A DNA stretch of 64,000 nt, taken from assembly GCF_036588685.1 (NCBI RefSeq), contig NC_086375.1:38130001-38194000 (forward strand). The letters are read 5' to 3'. This stretch comes from Mytilus trossulus (lineage: Eukaryota). Below the pieces are notes generated by a model, which did no database searches, was not told where the DNA came from, and saw nothing but the letters and a program-made list of their open reading frames with translations. Made by a program: the position numbers and the translations under genes. Positions 13,438 through 25,722 of the stretch are shown in pieces. Numbering within the stretch: position 1 is the stretch's first letter; each line of letters begins with the position of its first letter.

Positions 13438-15029
13438 TTTATTCTGTTCTGTCTTACAAGAATCTCAGGCCGGATGGACATACAGTCACCCACGAAAAGC
13501 TGCGGTAACATATATGTAATGACATACTGCGCTTATTGTCTGCATGAGAAGATTTGCAAAAAAAAGAACTAAATAGGAAACCCGCATTGATCATTCAAAT
13601 ATTTGAAGATTTTTTTTTTCACAGTAGATATAATATCTATAAATTGTTTGATCTATCAGATTGAACTGATAATTACATTTTATCCACGAGAAACTACTTT
13701 TGTTAAACTATTTTAACATTTTTCAAAACTTTAAGTTCATGACTAATGCAAAATTTAAACCGCACTGATGTTTGTATTCTAAAGGGGGTAGACCACCGCA
13801 GAAAACTGTGCCATGCAGCGTTACTTAATTAAATTGGCTATCATCATGTACATTGTCAAAAATCAATATCAAATTATTAAATTTCTTTTTAATATTTTTT
13901 CTTCACTTGTCAAGTTTTGCACAAAAGGTAAAATTTCTATTGATAAAGAATTTCTGTTAGCTTTTTCCACTTGCAGTTATTAACTTTTAGTCTGTGGTCG
14001 ATTTAATTACAACAATTCTTAATTTAAAATTTTTGAAATTCTGAAATTTAATCACACGTGAAGTTGCTCTCGGATGGAAGAAAAAAACTAAATAGTCCCC
14101 AGGCCAGCAAAAGTGTTAAATTAGTTGTTATCATAAAGAGAAAATCAAAGAAACGAAATTAGTTGCCATGTTTTGAAATATTTGTAATATAAGCATTTGA
14201 GTTGATAGATTTTATTATAAGCCCAAAGCCGTATCAATACATGTACGATCTTTATCAAGATACCATTTTAGAATAAAATGTGATATAAACATCTACAAAG
14301 GTCGGCCGTTTATCAGTTTATTACCGTAAATAGCGCCTCGATCACAGTAATTAAAACAAGTAATGTGAACCCATGGTCAGAACTCAAAGGATACACCGTA
14401 ATAATTTGTATGTGATGTAATTTTCTTATATCATAGCTGATGTTGTCAAATAGCCCTGAAGACATACGTACTAAATATACAGTTTATCTCGCCAGGGAAG
14501 ATTGTGTAGGATATACTAGTGTTAGATTAAGTCAATTGACCGTGCCAAAAAATAAAAAAATGTTACAGACTTTTTCAGATGTGAAAAAATAAGATCTGGT
14601 ATGATTGCAAATGAGACAACTTTCCACAAGAATCATAATGACACAGAAATTAACACTTATAGATCACCATGTGACCTTCAACAATGAGCAAAGCATATAC
14701 CACATAGTTAGCTTTAAAAGGCCACGAAATGCAATAATGTTACAAAAAATGATGCCATGACAGATTCGTAATTCGAAGGACAAGGTAATAATAAAAAAAG
14801 AAACTTTCCTATTTGTCATTTGAGCTCTTGTGGATAGCTATCTCATTGCCATTTTCCTATTTGTCATTTGAGCTCTTGTGGATAGCTATCTCATTGCCAT
14901 TATCATGCCTACCAGATATCCTTATTTTTATATTATTAACTCGGATGTATAGTTGCCAATGATCATCAAAATAAATATTAATATTAGCAAACTGATATAA
15001 AATTATCATTTTTTTACTATTCATTATAC

Positions 15030-15300
15030 TGTTCATTTCAACTTTTCGTTAGCGATTCATTTCAAGCTATATTCATTTCGGCTATTCATTTCAATTATTC
15101 ATTTGGACTTCATTTCAGCTACTAGTATTCATTTTAATTTTCATTTCAGCTATACTCATTTCGGCTATTCATTTCAATTATTCATTTGGACTTCATTTCA
15201 GCTACTACTATTCCTTTCAATTTTCTTTCAGCTATATTCATTTCAGCTATTCATTTCAATTATTCATTTCAGCTATTCATTTCATCTATTAATTCATTGT
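15030..15300. repeat. ~13-bp minisatellite (TATTCATTTCAGC)n
   Basis: Visible TATTCATTTC periodicity with a longer duplicated block. Confidence 0.85.
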
Positions 15301-15829
15301 ATATGAACCATATATCCATAATGCCAATAAGTTTCCGATCCATTTAAGCATCCAAATGTTCATATTTCAGGATTTAAAGTAACATTTTCTGTAAACACCC
15401 GGAAGTAAGAATTTAATCACATATCAGTATGTACCTGAGCACACAAAGGTTTATCTGCCTTTGGTTCTCGAAGAGCAATCGACAGAGGCTTATCAACTTG
15501 GGTATGCTGATATGGGCTGCTTACTTCCGACTGTCATGATAATTTCTGCAAAATATGATATATTTTTTTATACATGTACTTCAGAGACTATGAAAAAAAA
15601 AACAATACATGCATAGCAAAGGACTGACATATATTGTTGTTATGTATACAGAAATTGCAGGAGATTTTTCCCAAAACTTATTTTGATTAAATTGCAATCG
15701 ACTTTCCTGTTTTTGTATGCGACAGTTGAGATTGACCTTTTACAATCAATCCACTTTTCGGCATATTGATAGAATGGTCGACAATAGCTTCTCTAAGTTT
15801 GGTAGGCCATTTGTATTTCTGCTAGTGCT

Positions 15830-16900
15830 ATATGAAGACAGAAAGTTCGACCATAAGCATCTCTGTGGTAGATAACATACTCCTGCTCCATATGGACAGA
15901 CCGTTATAAATTAACTTATCTGTATGCTCTTTACTGATATATATATATGTATATGTAAACAGACAACTGGCTTCTCTGCTGCAAATAGACGATTCACGTT
16001 CCTGCAACATATTGACAGATCGTTAAACAAGAGGTTTCTTTCCTCAGATAGACCACTTTGCTACAAGTGGCATCTCTACTGTATATGTACCACTTATACA
16101 TGGACAGACCGTCCGACTGGCTTCTCTGCTGTAAATATTACATTCACATTCCTGGTACATAGATACAGACAAACCGTCCAACAAATGGGATCTATGCTGT
16201 ATGTGTACCATTTACACATGGACAGACCGTCCGACTACTGGCTTCTCTGCTGTAGATATTACATTCACATTCCTGGTACATAGATACAGACATACCGTCC
16301 AACAAATGGGATCTATGCTGTATGTGTACCATTTACACATGGACAGATCGTCCGACTACTGGCTTCTCTACTGTAAATATTACATTCACATTCCTGGTAC
16401 ATAGATACAGACATACCGTCCAACAAATGGGATCTATGCTGTATGTGTACCATTTACACATGGACAGATCGTCCGACTACTGGCTTCTCTGCTGTAAATA
16501 TTACATTCACATTCCTGGTACATAGATACAGACATACCGTCCAACAAATGGGATCTATGCTGTATGTGTACCATTTACACATGGACAGATCGTCCGACTA
16601 CTGGCTTCTCTGCTGTAGATGCACCATTCACATTCCGGCTACATATTCAGTGGCGGATCCAGAAATTTTGGGGACCCAGTGACTGCTTTAGAGGGAGACC
16701 GCTCTGGTAATGCTTCAGTGATTCCCTATATAACCCACCAATTTTTTTTCCAGAAAGGGGGGGGCTCTAAATCCGCATCTGATATTGAGAGACCATTCAA
16801 CAATTGGCATCTCTAGATCTGCAGTAAATAAACAATTTACCTTTTGACCGACCGTCCGACTACTGGCTTCTATGCTGGGGATGCACCATATACATCCATA
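15830..16900. repeat. 121-bp tandem repeat (~4.5 near-identical copies at 16075-16640 plus degenerate flanks), interrupted by a short MITE
   Basis: Near-identical ORFs start at 16201, 16322 and 16443 (period 121). Confidence 0.9.
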
Positions 16901-17343
16901 AGATGATGTGGTTAGAACGGTACACGGAATTGATCTACTACTATGAATTGACTACTAGTAAGTATTTTAAAAAGATTTGGGGTTCCATTCTAAAAGTAAA
17001 TACTCAATCGATTATTAATGAAAAATTATATATAGTCTTCGTTCTTTAAAACAAATGTTTTTGGTGTTTAAAGAATCATTAGCATTACTGAGTGGACAAC
17101 CGCGATACTTATGTCGGTAATAATACTGAATGATGAATCATTTAAGCTGGGGTCACACATTCCCGATTTTTACTACCGTTCTTGACAGGACCATTCCCGA
17201 TTAAAATTGATTAAAAGTCTGATCAAGATCCTGTGAATCGTGGATGGCAATTCAAACTTAAATTAAAATTTGTAAAAAAAATAATTTGATCACGACAACA
17301 ATCAGATAGTGTTCAGGAAGCGTCGATATTCAACCGTTTCTAA

Positions 17344-19033
17344 TGCCCGCGTCACACTGTCCCGATTTTTATATACGATGGACACCCGAATGCAAAAATT
17401 GTAAGTTCGTACGAAGTTGGTCCCGATCCCGTTAAAATACAAAAAGTGACCGAAGCAAGTACGATGCATAACGAAGTCTATACGATGGTGCCGAAATTAT
17501 ATACGATAGCAAAAGATGGACATACGAAGGTTAACCGAAGACGGGCATTTAAGCTTCATATCTCACCCGAAGCCTATACGATGGATCACGAAGGCTACAC
17601 GATGGAATACGATGATGGCGCGATGGCCATACGATGTCTAAAAGACGTCGTGTACAGCTTACGATGCAGAATAATGAAGAAAAAATTGGTTCCCCTATAT
17701 AAGTTAACCTGCAGTGTTGGCGTTTATGATTTTTATTATGTTACTTGATATGAAAAATTGACAAAAAAATAATATTTTACTTGTAAAAGTAAATCCTGAG
17801 CCCGTAATAGCTGCTCTTCTTGTTCCATTTGAATTAGTAGAAACAACGCTGTCGCCTTTCTTGCTCTCATAGATTCATATGATATGAGCTCCATGTTTTG
17901 AGAACGTTTTTGCGACGTCAAACTGTGACATATCGGGAAAAGATTCATTTTTCGACTGATTTTTATCATTCAAACTGATTTAATTTGAAAACGAGTGCAT
18001 GGACCCCCATTTTTTAAACCGACATTTTCTTTCATTTTGCAGGAAGATTATGTGGACCAAATTTTATAAAACTGTAAATAGTGTATTTTTTTTAATTTTG
18101 ATAAATATACAGCAGAAAATTACGTTTTTTTCTCAATTCATGACCATTTGATAAATATGAGTAATTTCTGAACATAAAATGCATACACTTTTAAAATGCT
18201 TATAAAATACAGAAATTACAAATTATTTAACAAAAACAATTTGTGTTTATCTTTTAAAACAAAAAAGTTATGTCTTTCTTTTGAAAAGGAAAATACGGCC
18301 ACAAATCCGAATTTTGAGCAAATATACAAAATTTCGACCTCATTTAACTTTAAAAGTAGCACATAAAGGTATATTTTTTATTACGTATTTGATTTAATCA
18401 GATAAAAAATAGCCTCTATGCAAATTTTCATCAACTTGTAAATATAGGATCAAAACTGTTTCGTATGCCCTTAACTGTCGTATTAGACTGACCAGTGCAT
18501 ATCGCGCATTGCACTTTAAATGTATTTTAGCGCGAAAATTAACTTACATTTAGCTGGATTTATTGCCGTCGTAGTTCCATCTTGTTGCCTTCGTACTTTT
18601 ATTCGATGGCAACACGACGGGATTACGAGGTCTTCACGAATTCGTGTTGTCATCGTAAGACCTTCAGTTAGCTTCGTGATTCATTCGTGTAGACATCGTT
18701 ATGTCAAAACTGACCGATGGAAACGATGGAAACACGAATGCAATACGATGTTCAAAGATGCTTTTCCGGTGACATTACGATGGTGAGGATGGTGATAGGA
18801 ACTCAATACGAACCCTCAACATCGGATGCACCTTCGGGGATTTTTTAACATGTTAAAAAATTTAGAACCCTTCCCGAAGTTGTCCCCGAAGACTAGAAAA
18901 AGTGGCCGATGGTTCTGCGATGGTTAAAGGTGGCACTACGAATAGCTCGATCTGAAACGATCAGTCCCGATTTTGAAAATTTCCATAATCGTGTTTCCAT
19001 CGGCTTAAAAATCGGGACAGTGTGACGCGAGCA
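17344..19033. mobile_element. PIF/Harbinger-type MITE nested in the host
   Basis: 28-bp TIR TGCCCGCGTCACACTGTCCCGATTTTTA with 1 mismatch. TAA TSD at 17341-17343 and 19034-19036. ACGAT-rich subterminal regions. Confidence 0.88.
17690..18470. mobile_element. One-ended AT-rich MITE fragment inside the Harbinger MITE
   Basis: Abrupt shift to AT-rich sequence ending ...TCGTATGCCC|TTAA (Kolobok-like end). No clear matching left TIR. Confidence 0.4.
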
Positions 19034-19103
19034 TAAGCGAATTAGTCCCGATAATCCCGTTCTGAATCCGCTTCTAATCCGATTTGTATTTTTCGCCAGG
19101 TAA

Positions 19104-22100
19104 GGTAGCACTCCACAGTTAGAAAATAAAATTAAAAATGAGCCCCAAAATGTTTTATCATCTCCTATTTCTGGATTTCTAATACATTAACCCAACTGTT
19201 TGTGTTGTACATGTGCATATGTATGTAATCAGTATCTTCCATAGATTCAATTTTCCAAAGTTAAAAGGGTGAAAATTAATTCCTTTTATGTGTATCCATG
19301 GCAACATTCAGCATTTATTTACCATAAAATATTGCAAAAAGGGGGGTGAACATGTCATATATCCCCCCAAAATTTGGATCAAACTAGAATTTCAATGCCT
19401 TTGAGTGATACCTTTTTAGAAACTGTTTTCTTAAATCTTCCTAATGATCAAATAAAAAATGGGTGTCTTTCGCCTCATTTTTTCGTAAAATCCAATCACA
19501 AAGTTCGTGCGATAAAAAGTTGGAAAAAAACATTACAATAATTGCCGGACCAATGTATGGTATGGACATGCAAATACGGACTGTCATACAGAAAACAGCC
19601 TATATTACATACATTACATAACCTTGATGTTCATATAAACCCAATACAAAGGCTATTTTAATACTCAGCTATCCAAAAATGAATTTTATTGCACACTAGC
19701 TCTCATATTTAAAAAATCCACATGGGCCAAAATGCGAAACTACACACCTAACTGTGGAGTGCTACCTTAAGGTGAAATTTTTCCCCTCCTGTCTCAACTT
19801 TTTTTATGTTTTCTGTGTTCTACTAGTTGTTACGATGAAAATGGTACCTTGGTTTTTAAAATTGGTTCAGTAATAAAGATTTTATGAAGGTTAGCAGTTG
19901 GTGTTGAAACGCGACAAAAAGTGATTTTAAAATAAATGCTGGATCATAGTGAAAAACTTCAAGTCTGTCTCATTTTTGGGTTAAATTTCTAAAACTTTTC
20001 CTTTTTTTTATTTGAAATTATAAAATTACCTTAAAAGAGGACAAATTGTACAAGTTTTAGGTGTTTGAAAGCACTTATAGGTAATTTTTGCTGTAAATAG
20101 CATACCTAACCTTGGTTTAGATGCTCTCAAGCAGGGTATAAATTTATAACAGTACTGGCATCATTAAATTTAATTAATGCCAAATTATGATATAAAATCC
20201 TGCTAAAAATGTTTATTTGACTTATTCGCATTCAAAAATATAAAGCGATACATTCTGAGATTATCATATAAAGCGCAATCTTTGGTTACAAGGGCAAAGC
20301 TAACGGGGTACAAATTTAAGACCGCAACATGTCTAAGTGTCAAAATGTATATTTGGTTGCTAAGGACAGTAAACAATAAAATTAACATAAATTGCATTCC
20401 TAGCAGTTTTTTTACCTTCAGAACTAAAACAAGAACATAAAAGACTAAAGATTTGTGGTCAATTTTAACTTTAAAAGTGCATTTCTGTGCTTTCTGATGT
20501 GCCATAAGGTAGCACTCCACAGTTAGAAAATAAAATTAAAAATGAGCCCCAAAATGTTTTATCATCTCCTATTTCTGGATTTCTAATACATTAACCCAAC
20601 TGTTTGTGTTGTACATGTGCATATGTATGTAATCAGTATCTTCCATAGATTCAATTTTCCAAAGTTAAAAGGGTGAAAATTAATTCCTTTTATGTGTATC
20701 CATGGCAACATTCAGCATTTATTTACCATAAAATATTGCAAAAAGGGGGGTGAACATGTCATATATCCCCCCAAAATTTGGATCAAACTAGAATTTCAAT
20801 GCCTTTGAGTGATACCTTTTTAGAAACTGTTTTCTTAAATCTTCCTAATGATCAAATAAAAAATGGGTGTCTTTCGCCTCATTTTTTCGTAAAATCCAAT
20901 CACAAAGTTCGTGCGATAAAAAGTTGGAAAAAAACATTACAATAATTGCCGGACCAATGTATGGTATGGACATGCAAATACGGACTGTCATACAGAAAAC
21001 AGCCTATATTACATACATTACATAACCTTGATGTTCATATAAACCCAATACAAAGGCTATTTTAATACTCAGCTATCCAAAAATGAATTTTATTGCACAC
21101 TAGCTCTCATATTTAAAAAATCCACATGGGCCAAAATGCGAAACTACACACCTAACTGTGGAGTGCTACCTTAAGGTGAAATTTTTCCCCTCCTGTCTCA
21201 ACTTTTTTTATGTTTTCTGTGTTCTACTAGTTGTTACGATGAAAATGGTACCTTGGTTTTTAAAATTGGTTCAGTAATAAAGATTTTATGAAGGTTAGCA
21301 GTTGGTGTTGAAACGCGACAAAAAGTGATTTTAAAATAAATGCTGGATCATAGTGAAAAACTTCAAGTCTGTCTCATTTTTGGGTTAAATTTCTAAAACT
21401 TTTCCTTTTTTTTATTTGAAATTATAAAATTACCTTAAAAGAGGACAAATTGTACAAGTTTTAGGTGTTTGAAAGCACTTATAGGTAATTTTTGCTGTAA
21501 ATAGCATACCTAACCTTGGTTTAGATGCTCTCAAGCAGGGTATAAATTTATAACAGTACTGGCATCATTAAATTTAATTAATGCCAAATTATGATATAAA
21601 ATCCTGCTAAAAATGTTTATTTGACTTATTCGCATTCAAAAATATAAAGCGATACATTCTGAGATTATCATATAAAGCGCAATCTTTGGTTACAAGGGCA
21701 AAGCTAACGGGGTACAAATTTAAGACCGCAACATGTCTAAGTGTCAAAATGTGTATATTTGGTTGCTAAGGACAGTAAACAATAAAATTAACATAAATTG
21801 CATTCCTAGCAGTTTTTTTACCTTCAGAACTAAAACAAGAACATAAAAGACTAAAGATTTGTGGTCAATTTTAACTTTAAAAGTGCATTTCTGTGCTTTC
21901 TGATGTGCCATAAGGTAGCACTCCACAGTTAGAAAATAAAATTAAAAATGAGCCCCAAAATGTTTTATCATCTCCTATTTCTGGATTTCTAATACATTAA
22001 CCCAACTGTTTGTGTTGTACATGTGCATATGTATGTAATCAGTATCTTCCATAGATTCAATTTTCCAAAGTTAAAAGGGTGAAAATTAATTCCTTTTATG

Positions 22101-22576
22101 TGTATCCATGGCAACATTCAGCATTTATTTACCATAAAATATTGCAAAAAGGGGGGTGAACATGTCATATATCCCCCCAAAATTTGGATCAAACTAGAAT
22201 TTCAATGCCTTTGAGTGATACCTTTTTAGAAACTGTTTTCTTAAATCTTCCTAATGATCAAATAAAAAATGGGTGTCTTTCGCCTCATTTTTTCGTAAAA
22301 TCCAATCACAAAGTTCGTGCGATAAAAAGTTGGAAAAAAACATTACAATAATTGCCGGACCAATGTATGGTATGGACATGCAAATACGGACTGTCATACA
22401 GAAAACAGCCTATATTACATACATTACATAACCTTGATGTTCATATAAACCCAATACAAAGGCTATTTTAATACTCAGCTATCCAAAAATGAATTTTATT
22501 GCACACTAGCTCTCATATTTAAAAAATCCACATGGGCCAAAATGCGAAACTACACACCTAACTGTGGAGTGCTACC
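19104..22576. mobile_element. KolobokP-like non-autonomous element: three 663-bp long direct repeats, each with its own TIRs, separated by two ~741-bp internal segments
   Basis: LDRs at 19104-19766, 20508-21170 and 21914-22576, each bounded by the perfect 19-bp TIR GGTAGCACTCCACAGTTAG. Internal segments 19767-20507 and 21171-21913 differ, as far as I can see, only by a 2-bp insertion near 21751. Internal junctions are LDR|TTAA and ATAA|LDR. The outer flanks share TAA. Confidence 0.8.
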
Positions 22577-22727
22577 TAACATTCGACCGAGTCTGTCACG
22601 ACTGCGTCCCGACTCTACCGAATATAATCCGACTGAGATCAGACAGTGACCAGACAACAAACCGACGCTGACGGAAGTAATCCGTTCGAAAACTGTCGGC
22701 ATATTCGGGATGATCAGGTAGTGCCGG

Positions 22728-24459
22728 TGTCCTATAGCCATTCTTCCCCCATGCCAATTTTTCCGGGGGGGAAAACTGGATCGATCCAATATTTCCCCTC
22801 GGAAAAATTGGCATGATCCAACTTTTCCCCCTCAACGTTATAGGGGGAAAACGAGGATCAGGCCAATTTTTCCCCTTTGCGGCATGATAAGCTATTTTTT
22901 CCCCTTTATAAACTTATAACGTCGGCGACGTCAGTTAGAAATGTTTATCCTGAAAAAAGAATATTATCTTTTTTGATTAGTTTAATGGTACCAAAGCTTC
23001 ATCGTATTAATATAAATTGATATGTATTTATATACACCATGTATACATACACACGAAGCACATTCTGATGCAGCGATCACATCCATTCTCAATCGTGAAC
23101 CCTTGGTATCATTGACCTATTGAATACAACCACTTCTGGTCAGTTTGAAGATTTTGACTTTACATTATAAATCATTTTTGTACCGCAAGGTAAAAGTACC
23201 CATCAAAGGCATGGATAGAGAAAAATACTCATCGCCTTTAAGCTTTCATTCAGGAGAAAAAGTCCGATAAGTGTGAAACTTCATCAAACCTAGGGGAGAT
23301 ATGAACCCACTCTCCAACCAGCATGGGAGACGTGCAGTGGAAACTTGGATTGGAAGTACAGGAACTACCTCTATTATTGTGACTCGCTGTACAAGATCTA
23401 CAAAAATATTCCACCTGCCCTAAAGGTGTATATATAGGGTCGACCACGATCTAGCACTTATGATACAAATATCCACCGGAGTTACACGGACCTATTAGTA
23501 AGTAATAAATGGCCACCGTACGGCCCCCAAAAGAAAAAAACCCATATACAGTCGGCTATAAAATGCTCCGACCATACAAATAAGGGAACAAAACAAACAA
23601 AACTAACAGGCTTATTGATTACAAAATAATTTACAAAAAAACCAAACTCAAACGACATGAACCAACAACAACCACTGTAACCGGTACTACATGTTCCTGG
23701 CTTTCGAATGGGCATTGGTGCATAAACAATGTGATGGCCATAAACTCAACCCTCCCCAATGAACCCAACCTAGGACAGCACACCGCAAGAAAAAAATATC
23801 AGTTGAAATTGGCTTCACTAAAAATGTTGAAACGTTGCACAATAATCACTTACATAAAAACAATAGAAACAAAACACCGAAATAAAAGTACTCGCAGCTA
23901 CTGAAACGTATTTCAAAGCTAGTGAAAATATAGACGGACTAGTGAGCATAGACAGACTGGTGAACATGTGAACAGACGGATGAATATGTAGACAGACTGG
24001 TAAACATTTGAACAGACGGTTGAATATGTAGAAAGACTGGTAAACATGTGAACAGACGGGTGAATATGTAGACAGACTTCTCGACACATAGACAGACATG
24101 CAGTTGAGAATGTATAAAGACTAGGGGACACAAAGAAAGACAGATTAGTTGAAACATAGATAGACTGATAAACCTGCAGACAGACTTTTGTTTATGTAAA
24201 AGAACTAAAAATTTGTATCTATAAACCTATTTCTAACACTGTTCGGGTTAATTTTCAGACGTGTATATATCTACAGTAATATCTATAATATAGGGGGAAA
24301 GATTGGCATGGGGGAAAAGTGACTATATGTATACGTATTGTCAATTTTCCGCGGGGGAAGAATGGCAATGATCCAAACTTTCCACGGGGGAAATATTGGC
24401 TCATGCCAGTCTTTCCCCCGGGGGAAAAACTGGCATGGGGGAAGAATGGCTATATAACA
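22728..24459. mobile_element. Ginger1-like non-autonomous DNA transposon, copy 1
   Basis: Termini TGT...ACA. Imperfect long TIR (TGTCCTATAGCCATTCTTCCCCCATGCCA / TGGCATGGGGGAAGAATGGCTATATAACA). Flanked by CCGG at 22724-22727 and 24460-24463. TGT..ACA ends with CCGG TSDs are characteristic of Ginger1. Confidence 0.78.
23925..24180. repeat. 40-bp (2x20) minisatellite inside Ginger-like copy 1
   Basis: TGAATATGTAGA recurs at 23981, 24021 and 24061. Confidence 0.8.
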
Positions 24460-24463
24460 CCGG

Positions 24464-25722
24464 TGTCCTATAGCCATTCTTCCCCCATGCCAACATTTCC
24501 GGGGGGAAATACTGGATCGATCCAATATTTCCCCCCGGAAAAATTGGCATGATCCAACTTTTCCCCTTCAGCGTTGTAAGGGGAAAACTAGGATCATGCC
24601 AATTTTTCCCCCGTGAGAAGCATGATAAGCTAAATTTTCCGCCTTGTAATATAACGTCGGCGACGTCACGATAAGATTTTTTAAATGATAGTAACTTTTT
24701 TCTCAGTTTATAGTTACCAAAGCTTCATCGTGTGAATATACATTTGATATGTATTTATATGTGTTTTTCTATGTTGTGATGTATAACATTGTTTCAGAAA
24801 AAGGGAGAAGGTTTGGCACCATTAAAACTTTTAACGGCTCTCTGCAAATGTATGCACCTGTTCTAAGTCACGAATCTTATGAACAGTAGTTGTCGTTTGT
24901 TTATGTAATTTTAAAATACGTGTTTCTCGTTTCTCGTTTTTATATAACTTTAATAGACAGTTGTTTTTCCCGTTTGAATGGTTTTACACTAGTAATTTTG
25001 GGGCCCTTTATAGCTTTTTGTTCGGTGTGAGCCAGGGCTCCGTATTGAAGGCCTATTGTGGTTTACTTTTATAAATTGTTATTTGGATGGAGAGTTGTCT
25101 CATTGTCACTCATATCACATTTTCGTATATCTATATATATATTTATTCACACGAAGCACATTTTGATCACATCCATTCTCTTTAGTGGACCCTTGGTATC
25201 ATTGACCAAATAAATACAATTACTAGTACTTTAACCACTTAAAACCAGTCAGTAGTTTTTTCCTTGCATGTGGACATATAGACAGTCATTTAAAAATGTA
25301 AAAAGACTAGAGGTCACATATAAAGACTATTGAATAGAGAGACAGACTTGTTGACTCATAGACAGGCCGTACTGTGACCTATAGTTGTTAATGTTTGTGT
25401 CTTTTTTGTCTTTTGTGGATAGTTGATTCATTGGCTGTAGAAAGATTTGTGTAAATGTAAATGAACAACAAATTTGTATATTTATAAATAAATATAATTC
25501 TAACACTGTTCGGTTTAATTTCCAGACTCTATACACACATAGTGAAATCTATGATGGGGGAAAGATTGGCATGGGGGAAAAGTTACTATATGTATACGTA
25601 TTGTCAACTTTCCGCAGGGGAAGAATCACAACGATCCAAAATTTCCCCGGGGGAAAGATTGGCTCATGCCAGTCTTTCCCCCGGGGGAAAAACTGGCATG
25701 GGGGAAGAATGACTATATAACA
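24464..25722. mobile_element. Ginger1-like non-autonomous DNA transposon, copy 2 (head-to-tail with copy 1)
   Basis: Same termini as copy 1. CCGG at 24460-24463 and 25723-25726. Diverged from copy 1 and carries different internal inserts. Confidence 0.78.

Noticed and set aside
12526-13572. 168-aa and neighbouring ORFs
   Set aside because: They lie within the Helentron-like repeat and have no recognisable domain.
15924-16682. Repeated 67-119 aa ORFs
   Set aside because: By-products of the 121-bp tandem repeat; the unit length is not a multiple of 3.
20203-21926. Duplicated minus-strand ORF MECYLMAHQK...
   Set aside because: It starts inside the TIR, is frameshifted in the second copy, and has no transposase features.
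19104-22576. Repeat-spacer-repeat layout as a CRISPR-like array or LTR retrotransposon
   Set aside because: The repeats are 663 bp and the spacers are identical. There are no TG..CA LTR ends or retroelement ORFs. The context is eukaryotic.
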